This document shows positions 13,501 through 28,500 of a DNA stretch of 64,000 nt, one piece after another. The DNA is from Saccostrea echinata. Lineage: Eukaryota. The notes under the pieces were generated by a model. That model saw only the letters and a program-made list of their open reading frames with translations, ran no database searches and was not told where the DNA came from. Positions within the stretch are counted from its first letter, which is position 1. Each line of letters opens with the position of its first letter. The translations under genes and the position numbers were made by a program. The stretch spans positions 43,090,001-43,154,000 of the forward strand of contig NW_026889803.1 of NCBI RefSeq assembly GCF_033153115.1. The letters run 5' to 3'.

Positions 13501-16500
13501 CCTAGTACAACTAAAACAAGATAAATTAGTAAGTACTACAACATGGTGAGCCATAGTGGGTTCTAGTTTTTGCACAGAGAAACTAAATGTCTGAACTACA
13601 AGATATGCAACCATTCATTTAGATTTATTGAGTCAGAGGTTAAACTTTATGCCTAATTCAGTTGATTCAATTTAATAACTGAATAAAACTTAGCTGGTGT
13701 TGGTTGCCTACATAGTACCAGTACTGGATAAGGTTTAATTTGTGATATCTGTAAGTTCTGAGGTTTGTGGTACATCTAAAAGATCTAGCTTATTTGTATG
13801 GAACCTTGTAACATATCAATTAATATTTCTCCTGAAATTGTAGAGTTTGTTACCTTGGTTTTGTTTCCATAAGAAATGGGACATTATCGTCCATTATGCT
13901 GCTGACCTCCTCAGCCCCCTCGGCAGGCCTCGTCAGTTGTAGGGCCCTGCTGGAGGACTGTGAGATACCGGACTGGGCATCACTGTCATCACTGCCCTCC
14001 TCAGAATCTGTCAAAGCAGCCATTGTGGTTAAACCAGGCTACAAAAGAAAATTCATTTCAATGTTTCTGTATTCTGGAATGAGGGATTATAATTATATAT
14101 TCCTAGCTTTTCCTTTATTAATAAAATCTATATAATTATTAGTAAAACCCAGAAGTTTTTGATGAAATTGAAGCTCTACTGGTGTACTTGGTGTACCTTA
14201 GTAAAGGGTACTTGTATACCAAGTGTTATTGAAATTGGACCAAAACTGTTGGAGGAGAAATGTTCAGAAAGAATTTCAAAGAAATTTTTATTTTTAATTA
14301 CCATGGCAACATCATTTGTCGAAATCAAAAACCAAAATTATTGAGTTATGTATCTTAGTATAGCTTATTTGTGTACCAAATCTTACTGAAATTGGACCAA
14401 GACTGTACGAGGAATAATTCAAAGAAAATTCTATTTTTAGTAACCATTGCAACACTGTCAAAATCAAAAAACAACAAACAGAACTACAGGGGTGTGCAAT
14501 TAAAAAAATCAAGTACTAGCCCACGGGCTAGTGGCAGCAATAAAGTTACTAGCCCCAAGTAAAAAGTTACTAGCCCAAATGTAACGGGGGGGGGGGGGGG
14601 TTAACAACTACATGTAATATTGAAAAAAAAATAGATTATTGTTGAAAAAATCAGGGTTTTAGGGTCATTTTCTTTAAAATTAAAGTTTAATTCTCACTAG
14701 TTAAATTGAATCATGTATAAATAAATTATTATGATAGAAAATAAATTCGAATTAAAATAAATTATTTTCCCCTTTTCTGAGCATTGCACTAGCTCATCTA
14801 AAACGAAGTTAAATCAATTTTTTTTCATCCTAAATTATTGAAAACAATGGAAATATATTTTTTGTAAATCACATAACACTTATCTTTCAGTTGATTGAGT
14901 GATCGTAAATAATTTAATGAGATATCTGCCTTTATTTTAAATAAACAGAGGAATAGAGGAAATTCGGATTAGAAAAAAACTGATCGTTTTTGGAAGTAAA
15001 TAAGTCAGGAAGTGCTGCAAAATGGATAAGATTATGGAGATTTACGAACAGTTGGGGCATGCTGCCTGGAAACTTTTCATTGGTTGGGAATTTAATGGCA
15101 AAAATGAGTGAAAATACCGGAAGTGATTTTCATATATTACATTGGTATTTTTAATTTTTACTAGCCCAAGGGGCTACCTGCATGCAGAAAACCACTAGCC
15201 CGACCCCCAAAAATGGTAGCCCCGGGCGTCGGGCGATGCTAATTGCACACCCCTGAACTATACAAGTATATCTTAGTATAGTCATTTTGTGTACCAGATC
15301 TTATTGAAATCAGACAAAAACTGTTGGAGCAGTAGCATATTTTGAAAGAATTTCACAGAAATTTCTATTTTTTAGTAACCATGGCAACACAGTTTATTGA
15401 AATCAAAAAATGAGACACAGAATTATGTATCTTAGTATAGTCTACTTGAATATATTGAAATCAGACCAAAACTGTGGGAGGAGTAGCATTTTGAAAGAAT
15501 TTTAAAGAAATTTTAATTTTTAGTATCCATCACACCACCATTCAAGGAAATCAAAAACCGATATCAGAATTATGTATCTTAGTATACTATGAAATCACCA
15601 ACACAGTTTATCTTTTGTATTCCCATGTAACACTTCACACACAGGACCTAAATGAGTAACTAACTGAACATAATTCTATGCTAAATAGCCATGGAAATAG
15701 TTAGAACTTCCCAACCTACAGACTGCCATTTAACCTATCAATTGTGAGCATGATCAATTCTGGATTTCTCGGGTTAGCAATTCTGATATTTATCTCTTTA
15801 GACTCTGCAGTAAATGTCAGCTGATACAGGAGCTACATTTCATCTAAGATAAAATCTTAATTAGTGGTCAATGACCTTATCCCATAAACAGACTGGACCT
15901 CACAATTAAGATAAAGAAAATGTGACCCATCATTGCTCATGCAAATAATTTCACACAAAATGTATACACATGACTATATTGTATACTTTTTTCACACTCT
16001 ACCAGGTGTTTTTTTTTTTTTAATTCTTAATTTTTTCAAGATATTTTCAAACATTTTCACACAAAATTCCACTTTAACATACACATAATTTTTTCACACA
16101 TTACTGGGTACTTTAATTATTCCTTTAATTCTTTGATTTTTGCATATACATGTATCCCAGTATTTATAAATACATATATTTATATATCTTTGGCTGACCT
16201 AGTTGAAACATGTCCTTGACTTCAAATGATACTTACAGGAGGCACTTGAACTCTGCCTTCTAAAATGTTTTCAATGGTGAAGTCTACAGATCTTGTATTC
16301 CTCAAATCCTCAATGATAACATTCATAGGGATGTGTGGGAAGACAGACTGCACTTGACGAGCCTGTAAAACACAACAGAATAGAACTACATTCTTATAAT
16401 ACAGCAACAGAAAACAAGAAAGTCAGCTACATTTTGACTGCCTTTATAGAGCAGCATAACACAACAAGGACGGCACAAAGCGGAGCATTATTCCCTCATA

Positions 16501-19500
16501 AAAGAGCATATCGCTCATGATATGAATTATTACATGTGTAACTTCAGAATCTGTTACGCACACTCACACACACAAACACAAGCATGTTACTAAATCCCCT
16601 CCAACTTTGTTGTGAGGGGATAAATGTTTGTTTGTCTGATGCTCTGTTAATGTTGATTTTCAAAATTTTATTATTGATTACACGAAGAAAAACCAATTCT
16701 TTATGATTGACCAGTGTATTAATTAAATTTCTGTGCTTTAATTTAAACAATATGGCATAAAATACATATGAGGGGCCTCCAATAATTTTTTTATTCCATT
16801 GCAAGGGGATAAAAGGGACTAAATTTTGTCTGCCTGTATACAGCAGTAGAACACAAACATAGGTAACCAAAGATTACAGAGGCAAGTGGTAAATCGCTAT
16901 AATTTACTACTGCTTACAGATTACAGAGCTCACCTCAATGAATGTTATCTTTAAGGCAAAGTTTAACACTAAACTAAAAAATCTAGTAGTATGCATTCCT
17001 AGATGCAACATTAAATTGTATGTATTAATAGAATTTGTGTACAAATACCATTTTGTCTGTTTCTCTTAGATGGTTTTAAAGGTCAATACTCTAAATTTAC
17101 TAGGTCAAAAATTGGACCAGTAGATTGTGAAATGACTTCTTACATAATAAATAAACAGTTTCCTTCCACACCTAAAGAAACAGGATAAACAGATTTCCTA
17201 TTTCTGGATGGAGGACAATGAACTTCAATTATTAAAAATCAATTCCAAATTCAACTGTTTTTAATAAAGTATAATCATTTATCTGGATAAAAGTTAAATT
17301 TCCTTCTTCTACAAAGAAAAGGACAACTAGAAATCTATCTTGGGATGTAGAGCAATAATCTTCAATCAACAGAATATTTAACTTTCCTTTAATGTTATGT
17401 ATGCGAATCAAGAAGGCACATTCATATATGTTTACTTCAGTCAACAAACCAGAATGTGGGACCCTCTGGGACCATTATTTTCTGTATAAAAGGAGGAACT
17501 GGGAGAGAGTGCAAAAGAGAGACTAAGAGACTCCTGTGATTTCTTCAACATACTCCTGACATTCCTCCCCTGAACTGGGACTAACTTTACAAACAACTTT
17601 TTGAACTAACTTTTAAATTCAACCTTTTTATATGAACATTTATTTTATTCTTTGAACTGTTAAAAAAAACTATAGGATCACTTTTAATTCATTGATTAAT
17701 TTATCAGTGTTTATGATCTTGTCCTGATTCTACCTCTGTTACATAGAGTCCTTCAACATTCCTCCCTAACTAATGATGAATTAAGTTTAATTCATAATTC
17801 TGTTGATATTGAAGCACAATTGGTTTATTACAGAGTAGACAATTGTAGAAAAAATCAACTGGTATGTTGCTTCTAATTTCTAATAATTTCTAATGTCCAT
17901 TATAGGCTCCACAATGGAGGGATGGACTTAAATTGCTTTGTTCATAATATATTTATGAAATAATTCTCACGTCAGAGGAACTGTTGGAGAATATAACCGT
18001 ATAGTTATTTTTTTTGGCAAATAAAATCTTGAGACTGAGGGTTATATTATCCAACAATTCCTCCAACAAGCTATGGTGAATTTTTAAACTCCTATCTAGG
18101 GAGAAGCTAGATATTAATAGCGATTCTCTGTAACCACTTAAACTTCTTTGCCACGCATGGTCACCGATTTTGATGAAACTTTGCCCATTATTACACCTTG
18201 ACAACAGAAACATGTATCAAATAAAATTTCGTTGCTATGTGTCTTGGTTGCCATGGTAACAGCCAGAAAAGTTGAAAAAATTGAGATTTTCAGCTACTTT
18301 AAATCTTTATTAAGCCTTAATAAAGACCAAGAAAAACAAACAAACCATTCTCCCAAAAACATGACACCTTGTTGCCACTTATGCTATAAAGAAACTATTT
18401 AGAATTTATCTCTAAGTAAGTGGTAACCATGGGTACATTTGGAATACATTTTAGATGCTGAAAAATGCTGAAAAACGCTCTATAGTCACAAATGATGGAT
18501 GTTACATGATCAAACTCAATCAACAAAGTAAGAAAAACAATGAAAAATATTTGACCTCATGTAATTAGGTATTGGCAATATTATTCTAAAAATAACTTTC
18601 ATGGTTGCCATGGTAACACAGTGTCACCATGCAAAATCTGTTGCTATGATTGGGTTAATGCTACTATCGTAAGGAAAAACAATAAAATTCATGACTGGCA
18701 CCTATGCATCCTTAGGACCTTGCAACATCGACAACATAAGAAAAATTGAGATTAATTGTTACTTTGCAGTGTAACCATGGAAACAAAGTACTAGTTGTTA
18801 AAAGTGATATTTTTTTGCTGCTTTAGGAATTTACTAACCTTTTGATCAAGAAAAATATTACTTGAATCACCTTGAATAGTACTTATCTCGTAGAACTAAA
18901 GCTGAATATCATTTATTGATAAAGGTTGTTGAAAAATACAACACTGTTGCTATGGTTACCAAGAAGAGAAAATGTTCGATTTTGTTAATTTTTTGTCAAT
19001 ATTAGACCCTATGTGCCAGCTTTTTGCATCCAGTTAGAGATTGGGTGATAGTCAAAATTGAAAGTCAGGTTAGTTGTTCACATATATCAATCATTAAAGT
19101 TTTGGGAATCTACCAACAACGGTACGTATCCAAGGAAACAGAGTATTTTTCAGATTTTTATGCATGTTTTTTCGCCTTATTTCCATAGCAACGCACTATT
19201 TAAAGAATTAAAATTGAATTTTTTGAAATGCGAAAATTAGGGTCACACCAAGGCCTTTCAAAATTTATCATCAGTTATATAGAAATATGCTTTTTAAAAA
19301 GACAGGATAAGATTAAAACACTAAGAGAGTAAATTTAAAATCCCTTCGTGGTATTAAAACCATGGCAACCATTGTCAACCTATACGAAATATCATATTTT
19401 GTCCTTGGTATATGTTACAAGGATCTCTTCTCTATTATTTGCTTGCATTTCTACCTATAATTGTTTTTATTCTTAAGTGTATGACTTTATAAAATTAAAT

Positions 19501-22500
19501 GAACAAAATTATTACTTTTGAATACTTTGTTTCCATAGTAACGTATGTTATAGATGATTTACCAAACATGTTTATCATGTATTTAAGACACCAGGCCTTC
19601 AACATTCAGAAACAGTCATTGCCACTTGTTTGCTTTGCTGCAAACGTTAACTGTGGGACTCTGAAGATGGTGAAAAATGCCATTTTTCAAACTTTAGGAC
19701 ATGTTGCTATGGTAACCATGACACGTAGCAACCAATTTTTGCCTGATTTGAGTTTACGGTATCAAAGACTTTTATCTTAGAGAGTTTGGAGAAATTCTGA
19801 AACTATGCGTGCCACAGCTCCTATATAAAAGTTCAAGTCATTACAGAGAATGGTTCTTAACATGAACACAAGTGCTTTATTACGTCACAATTGAATGCTA
19901 CTTATTCTCATTCAGTTGCACTTCATGCATTAGAAAAAGTATGAGATAATTCCCAAGTTAACTTTTTCCCCACTAATTTGAGTCGCAATCAAAAGAGGCC
20001 TTCACTGATCCTTTTCCTATTAAGAGCAGTCAAAATTAGAGGCAACTGGTTTCAAGTTATTGATTATTTGTTGATGATGTTTGTGATTTAGTTAAGAAAT
20101 AATTCCTGCTTCGGAAGATCAATTATTGGATAATATACCCAGACCGGATAGTTGAGAGATTTTGTTGGCAAATAAAAACAGAGAATGAGTCTGTCCATAG
20201 ATATCTCAATATCTTGTAATTTGAAACATTTTTTTGTCCATTTATTAATATTATTTATGTATATTCGATTCATGAATGTACTAATACACTAATTAAAACG
20301 ATGTATAGATATCAATTGTGTTACCTCATGTATTATATCAGGAAAGCTTAAGCCCCCCCCCCCCCCCCCCCCCCCCCCAAAATGGAAAATCAAAGTTATT
20401 TGATATACTATAAATAAGTCTCTTATTATGAATTTAACATTAGGTTAAAAAAATCCTTTAAGATTTTTGATTGCTTGAACTTTAAATTCATTTCTAGAGT
20501 AAAATTGAAAAGCAATTAAAAAAGTTATCAATACTTGAAAGAACTATATACGGTAAGGGCGTATTCCTGCCCCCATAATAGTCAAATTTTGAAAATCTCT
20601 TGAAATGAGAAAAAGTGCATATATTGTATAAAATAATCCAAATTAAGACAATATATTATGAAATTGGAAAAATTAGTTGGCCTTTCTTGTCTCTGTGAGG
20701 TCACAAACTATTTGGATTTCCGTTATTTTTAAAATAGAGGCCAAAATGCACAGAGTTTGTTCAATTTTGACTATAGTATTTATAGAGCGCAAGCCTGCTC
20801 AGGTACCATATTCACATATTTCATTGATATTATCATTCTACACATTATATCAAAAGATCTAGTCTGAGCAGACCTGCGCTTGGTAATTTCCAATCAAAAT
20901 ACCGACGTAAAATACGCTATTTTCTCTCAAAATCATTGCAATTTGGAATTTACGTCATTTTATTGACGTCATATCTAACTAATGATGTTATAGTTGATAA
21001 AAATAATTAATGCTTTGAAGTCTGCAAATATCCACCTGGTTTAGAACATAATTAAAGACTTCTCCATCAAAGTTTTATTTTGGGGGCAGATACTGGCCAC
21101 TACAGAATAAAGTCCTTTGCTGCTCAGTTTGTTCAAAAATTAGTCCACAGGTCTGTACCATTTCTATGCCAAGTTTACTAATGTAAGAAGGAAAGAAACA
21201 TATATCCTAAATTTTTAACATCTCAATGTCTAGTACATTTGTGCAAAAGTATCAGAAACCATCCTTATTAACTGGAACAGTTAATGTGATAGATATGTGT
21301 CCATATGCCTGAGGTTATTAGTTAATTAGGGTACAATTATACCTCACCTTGACATGTCAAGCTGACCATCCCACCTAATGTGAACTACACACACATATCT
21401 AAATCTGGCAACTGACCTCCCCATTGGCTCTTTATTGCTCTTGCTGTCATGTTTGTTAGTTATCAATCTGTGTGACTGTGTGTAAAACGCTTAAGAGAAC
21501 CCTCTTTTTGCTTTTGTGGTGGATGGACAATAAATGATTTAACAATTTTGGCAGTGATGGAATTAATTTGAACAAAGAAGAATGGAATTTTTTTAAAAAG
21601 GTATTTTAAATTTTAAACCCCCTCCCCCAATTTTTAAACAGTATGTCTTATACATGTTATATGCTGGAAGTGTTTATTTGATGAGTAACTCTTTTAAATA
21701 AAAATTCAAAAAATTGTGATGAAAATTTTTCACCATTTTGTTTATAGTTAATTACAATTACTTAATGCATTGATCTACTTTTGGAAATTTAAAGGGAGTA
21801 AGTATAAAAGGCTCATTGAGAATATTAACTTAGGTCACAGTTATCATAAGTGGTCTCCAAAACTTACATAACAACCACTAAATCTACTTTTATTTCTATA
21901 GAATGTGAATAAATGGGCTATGTTTGATGTCGAATACCATGTGAATACTACCTAGCTTATTAATCCATTGTCAATAAGGACATTGCATGTTAACACCCAA
22001 GATTAATACATTAAGATTTTATGGCTCAATATGGACCGGATGATGAATGTATTTATAAGGATATTGATTAATAGTTATCCCTCGGTCATGGTCACTTTGA
22101 CCTGGGTATAAGTTTGCTTTAAAAGGAAAATTACAGCACTTTATTTTACGGATATTACTCCAATTAAATGTCCCCTCCACTGGTAAGTAGAGACTGCAGA
22201 AATTTAAGTGTATGCAAGCTTGTTTGATCATGTTGATGATCACTTGAACAATTATCTTTTTGCTACTGTATTGTTCTGTATCTTAAAATTCATAATACTA
22301 TATTTAACCTCGATAAAGAACCTGTGACATGTAGAGAAAAATTGAAAAAAGGGGTGAATATATTATAGATCTAACTTTGATTGATTATGATGTACAATTG
22401 TAAGTTGTTTATACTTAAAAAATTGTATAGATTGCTGTTTTTGAATAAAATGTTATTTTTTATTTAAACTGACGTTTTTGTGACCTAGTGGCAATTTTCT

Positions 22501-25500
22501 TGTTGAGTAATTGTCATGTACACCAAAGGTGAGGGGAGATAAACTTTTTAAATGTGGTGTGGGTTCCTACATGGGTTCTTATGGAGGAAATAAAGTGCTT
22601 CAAATATTAGATTAAATCCTCAAGTTCGTAAGACTATATATAGTAATGGATGTATCAGTACAGAGTGCATTTTGTGTAAGCCTGCTTTACCATACTGTCC
22701 AGCTGTGAGGTTTGGACTGGTCTCTGTCGCCCTCCTGGTAATAACTGGGTATGTGTCACCTCTACAGAGAAACTGGGGAACCAGCTAACATATCTTGACC
22801 CTGTCAATGAAATTTTTTTAATTTCTTACTGACATCATTATATACAAAACAAATATAAATTTCATACAAGTTTCACAGGAAAGTCTTTCACAATAAAATG
22901 TTTTCTGTGTATAAGAAAATGCATTTTAATGGTTTGTTGGTACTGATTACTAGCTGTTAAGTGTTAAGATACACCATGTGTGTAGCATTCTTTTTCCTCA
23001 GATGTAGTTGGTTTAAGCAGTTGACATATAGTTGCTCAAAAAAGCATCAATTCTCATTTTTACCCTATTCTATCTGATTTTATTTACATTTTGATATACA
23101 GTATGTAATAAACTAAATTGAACATAAATCTATAAATTTAAATATGAAAAAATACCATCAAAATGGAAGAAATGATTGGTGAATTGGTTCTGTGGCTGTT
23201 GTTGAGGGGGTTGGGGTGGTGCAGCACCACGCTCATCTAGGACATTAAGATTGGGGTTCACCTGTGGTCCCTCATTGAGGGACATTCTGCAGGTGGGACA
23301 GGAGGTGTCTTGTTCCAACCATGACCTCAGACAGGAACTGAAAATAATTTTAGATCCTGAATCAGTAATAGGTCCTATATCAGTGATTATTGGAAAATAT
23401 CGATTTGTAACCTTAATAAATGTAGATTATTTAAGAGAAACATTTCTGCTTAATGATTAAATGATTGTGAATTAAGAAATTTTAAATGACCATCTAGTTC
23501 AATCTTAAAAGACTATATAACTTTTCGCACTTTAGAAGTGTAAAATTTAGACAAGAGAATTTGCTGAAACCATAAATTCCCTCCCCCCTCCTCTCCCACC
23601 CTTACCCAACAAGCCAGTGAAGTACATTAATAATTAAAGTTTTTACAAAATTACTATGCTGAAACCCAACAAAGAAAAAAAATTAGGCTTAAAAATCTTA
23701 TCCCTTGCCTTGTACACAGATAAACATAAATAATGTACATTAATAGTCTGACTGTATGTAAGGTAATGTGATATGTCAGGAGATCACAACTACTTGAGAG
23801 CTGTTTTAACATATGTATAAATATTGAGGTTTGAAGACTGAGAAGGTCACATATTTTATTAATATATACATACTGCAGTGGGAATTCTGGCTAAATACCT
23901 CTGGAACTCTGACCATCATTTATAATTCAGTAATTAACCAATGTAGGACGCAATTCTCCATATTGACTTTGATATTATATGGTCATTGATATTATATAAA
24001 ATATTCTGTAGCCAGACAGATCAAGATTAAAATGAAATGACCACTATATATATCCAAGCATAGAAACATGGCCATTTACAGGCATGTAGTAGCATTTTTT
24101 GAAGGGGGGGGGGGGGGCTGCCAGAAAAATATTTGATTTTGTTAGTGTTACCTTGAAAATCTTTCACAAGCACAAAAAAGGGGGGGGGGGGGCGTTTTCC
24201 AACCCTCACCCTATTTTATGGGTTGAATGTTGGTGTGGATGTAAGTTTTCCAACTTTTTACATTTTAAGACCATCTGGTAAACAATTCAATTAATAGACA
24301 ATGAATAAAACATATCAATTTAACAGATGCCATACAAGAAAATTTGCTCAAATCATAAATTACCCCAAGCCACTGATTTACAGTCTTTTAAAGTAATTAA
24401 TTTGAAACTCACAATAAAGCAATTAAAGGCTTACTAAAAGGAAAGTTTTTATGCCTTAAGCTACATAAGTAATGTCCTGGGTAATCTAATTACGGATATT
24501 TTTGTAATTAAATTGGTAGTGTAACCTTAATTGACATGTTATGCTAACTATCAGATCACACTCAAGGGAGAAACTCCTAACAAGCTGCAGGCTACCTGTA
24601 GCATATAAATATAAGAGGTCATAGGGTAACATATGTTATTTATATACTGCAGCAGGAAAACTGACCTACATGATCAGGAACTCTGACCATATATATCTGT
24701 GCAGTACGTAACAGCCATCTCCACTTACTTTCACAGAAATCTGCTACCTGTGTTCACTACTGAGCTTGGAGTCTGGACTAACAACTTTGAGGTATATGCA
24801 CTTTTCATTACAGTAGTAATTATAATTAATGTTTATCAATGTTGGATCTGTAATCTTTTTCTTCTTCCGCTTTTACTTATCTTTGTGTGTGGGTGTGGGT
24901 GTGAGGGAGTTGGGGGGGGGGGGGGGTATTTGCATGTACTTAGTCTATTTTAATAGTATATAAACTTTATATATTAAGTATATGTTAAGTATATGTATGT
25001 TCAGCAAGAAAGAGTTTGTCAGAACATTAACTAGCTGTTACTGTATATCTAAAGAATATGTACAGCAGTTATTAAAAACCTTATTGGCTTGATTAGAATG
25101 TGTAGTTGTAAAATAATGAATTACTGATGTTTCATGTAACAAAAGCTTTCTAAATTTGGAAATTTTGCATAAAATTTTAATAGACTCCAGCTATTTAAGA
25201 CTTTTACTTTTATATGCTCCTATATTTCTAACATTAAAAACTAATGAGAATTTTTTAACAGATTCATATTTTCTATGCTGAGGATTAAGAATCTTGTAGG
25301 ACTGGAACTCGGTCTTGATTTACCTGTTATATGCCAACACTCAATGGAAATTAAAATGTTAAAAAAAATGCTTCTTTCCAGAAAGAGTAACCAGCTAAAA
25401 GTAAAGAGATGGAAGAACTTACCAGAGGAGGTAACAGAAATACATCCCAGGAATCTGGCAGAAATCCAGAGGACATTATCGGTGAAGCATTGGAGAATCT

Positions 25501-28500
25501 TTTATCACTAGCCAAAATGTTACAGGAGAAAACTTCACCTCAAAAGTCTTCCCCCACAAAACCAAATCAGACAGTTTCAGCAGAGAGCTATCGAAGTATT
25601 CCGCAGCAGCAAATACAAGGAAAAACCAGCCAAACAGTGTCTAGAGATGTTTCCCCTGCAGCAAGGCCTGTAGGGAGAATATCTAAGACACAGACTCCAT
25701 CACCCAAAAAGAGCTCCACCCAGCGAAATCAGACCAAAGGTACACTCTATCCATGCCTAACCTGCTGGAAACATGGCATCCAACCGTCCAGCTTATGTGT
25801 TCATAACCAAACTGAGGGGATTGGTATGTCAACTCCATCAAAAAGGATTGCTCTTGTTTTCACAAATCATGTATTTTGTATAAAACATCTTTATATCACT
25901 CTACAAACTACAGTGTATATGACTGCTTTCCCTTAATTGTCATCAATTATGGTCATAAGTTAAATGCTACAAAGTTTACCAGCAGTGTTTGAAACTCACC
26001 GTAAATTAAGCTAGACTGCTAATGAAAGATGTCAGCCCTGCAAAAAATCTGCTAGCCTGAGAAATAATTGTCTAAATTTGTTTTTTGCAATAATGTGAAG
26101 AGGGTCAGATCATAAAAACTTTGATCTCAAATCTATAGGCTGACGAATTCTACCTTTTTGTTTGTAACACTTTGCTACCAATATCATTAGTTGATTTGGG
26201 AGAGATTAAACAAATTGGTGAATTGTAATTAATGGGAAATTTGAACAAGTCCAGCTGGGCATTAATAGGTGCAAATCTGTTAGCCCGCGGCAAAATTTGT
26301 GCGTCTCGGGCGGTCAGGCACACGGTTATTTCAAACACTGTTTACCAGTCATTCGTACCATGACATTTTAATTAGAGGATAATGACACTATAAAATTTTT
26401 ATAGTGTCATTATCCTCTAATTTTCCCATTTAGGTATTTTATTCATAGATATAGCATAACTAAATAAGATGATACTTTTTTTCAAAAAAACTATTCTTAC
26501 ATCATTTTATGAAAGCAGCTTACAAAGTTTTATCTGTTTTCCTCACTTAATTTTTACAACTCAGTTATCAAACACAACACATTTATTAAGACAGTGTACT
26601 GTTTATTAGTTGAATGAATAATTTTTCACAAATTTTAACAATTCTTAGCTGTAACAGCTAAAAAAAGGTTTGACGTCAATTCTCATCCAGAGTTGTCATT
26701 CTTTTCTCTCGCACACTTCTGACAAAATCTATGATTTTACAAGATTCTTGCAAAGCATACATTTAATACTTCAAAGAAATTTACTTTTATGTTTAAATGA
26801 ATTTCTTTAATAATGTACATACCGGTAATATCCAAGAGATAAAAAAGTCTTTGAAATAATTAAATTCTAGCTATATAGATATCTCATTTTAACTACCGTA
26901 TACTCGCATGAAATACAAGTATTTACATATTTCAATAATTTTATTTTTATCTTAAGTGTGCATTACTTATTTTTTTTAATGATTTAAAATTAAACATTGG
27001 CATCATTTAAAAAAAAAAATACTTAAACCAGGTTAAAACATTGATTTGAAATTGTAAGCTGGTTCTTGCAAAAAGTTGACCCGCATTTAAGTCAGTACTA
27101 TAGCAAATCCCTCCAAAATAACCTTGAAAATTACAACTGACTTATAGGGGAGTATACATGGTATATACAGTATGTGCACCATATTTTAAGTGTAATGTGC
27201 TCCATTATTTCATAATTCAAGTTCAATATAAATTTAGGCTCCAGATTTGAGACTATGTGACTGAAAAGAGCAACAACTTTGGACATAAAGCTTTGTTTGA
27301 AGTCCTGTAGACCTACATCTAAATTGATGAAAAGAAAAAGACTAGCTATGAATGATAGACTCATAAAAAATTAGAAAATGTTAATAGGCTAAAAGAGCAA
27401 CAAACTTTGGTGGGACATTTTGAGTAAGAGTTCCATTGATAAAATAAGGAATGAATGTTTCAAAGGCATGTGACCCCCTCCTTTCCTTATCTTTTAAACA
27501 GAATTATTTGGTTGTCAGAGCTAACTCTGTAGGAATAAAAAAAGGAGAAAAGAAAACTATACGACAGTTTCTCATTAATTGACTACATTTCCCATTAACA
27601 GACATGAATGGACATAAAGATCAGCAGTAAAGAACACTTGACATGTTTATGGCAGTTGGGTAACCTTTGACTTTTACTCCTCTGATCTGACAACCTTTAA
27701 GAAAGATTTGTTTGCTATTCCTATCCAGTGAGTATAGATAGAGTGATGACAACATAAGGATTTTATGTCCTCGAAAGATGGCAATACGTGGCATCTCGAT
27801 TTCCTCACAGTTATCTAACTTCTGTTGCTCTTTTGCAGCAGAGTCGAGGAAGCTCTAAATCTCGCATGATAACCAGGGCATACAAAATTGTTTACAATAG
27901 TGACAATCAAATGATTTGAACAATCAGTATGCCGAAAGTTACAATGTATTGCCATGGGTTGAACTCCCAATTAGTAGGTTGTCTAATTATGAATGTTTAG
28001 AATATTTTATCAGTTTCCAAAGGTAACCATTTTCAGAAAGAAATGATTGAATTTAATTAAAAGAGTCCACTTAGTGAAAGTATCATAAAAAAATGTAACA
28101 CACGGGGATTAGCTCCTCTCAAATTTTACTAGAATGGTTCACCGAAGGTTCAGCAAGATATTTCGCTTTTTGTATTTTTTCCTTATCTGTCCTTATAAAA
28201 TCCACAATGATCGATCTTGCATTGTATTCAAAAGCACATTGCCCCCAGCCAACAGACGTTCCTACCTCCACCGCAAAAGAGTTCCATTAAGTTAAGTAAC
28301 TGCGATATCAAGTATTCACATCTCATTGTGACATTTGACCTTTGACCTAACAACCTTTTATTCACCAATCTGCATATATGAAAAGATGAGGATTGGACAT
28401 AAGTCTCCCAAATGATTTCATAATCAAGATCATTAGAATCTTTGACAAATAAGACAAGAAGCATTGCACCTTTGACCTCAGAAAACCTTTAGGGTTCATG

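Noticed and set aside
753-24953. Numerous 60-110-aa ORFs in the track outside the listed exons
   Set aside because: They lie in introns or repeats, often start at non-ATG codons, and show no domain signal.
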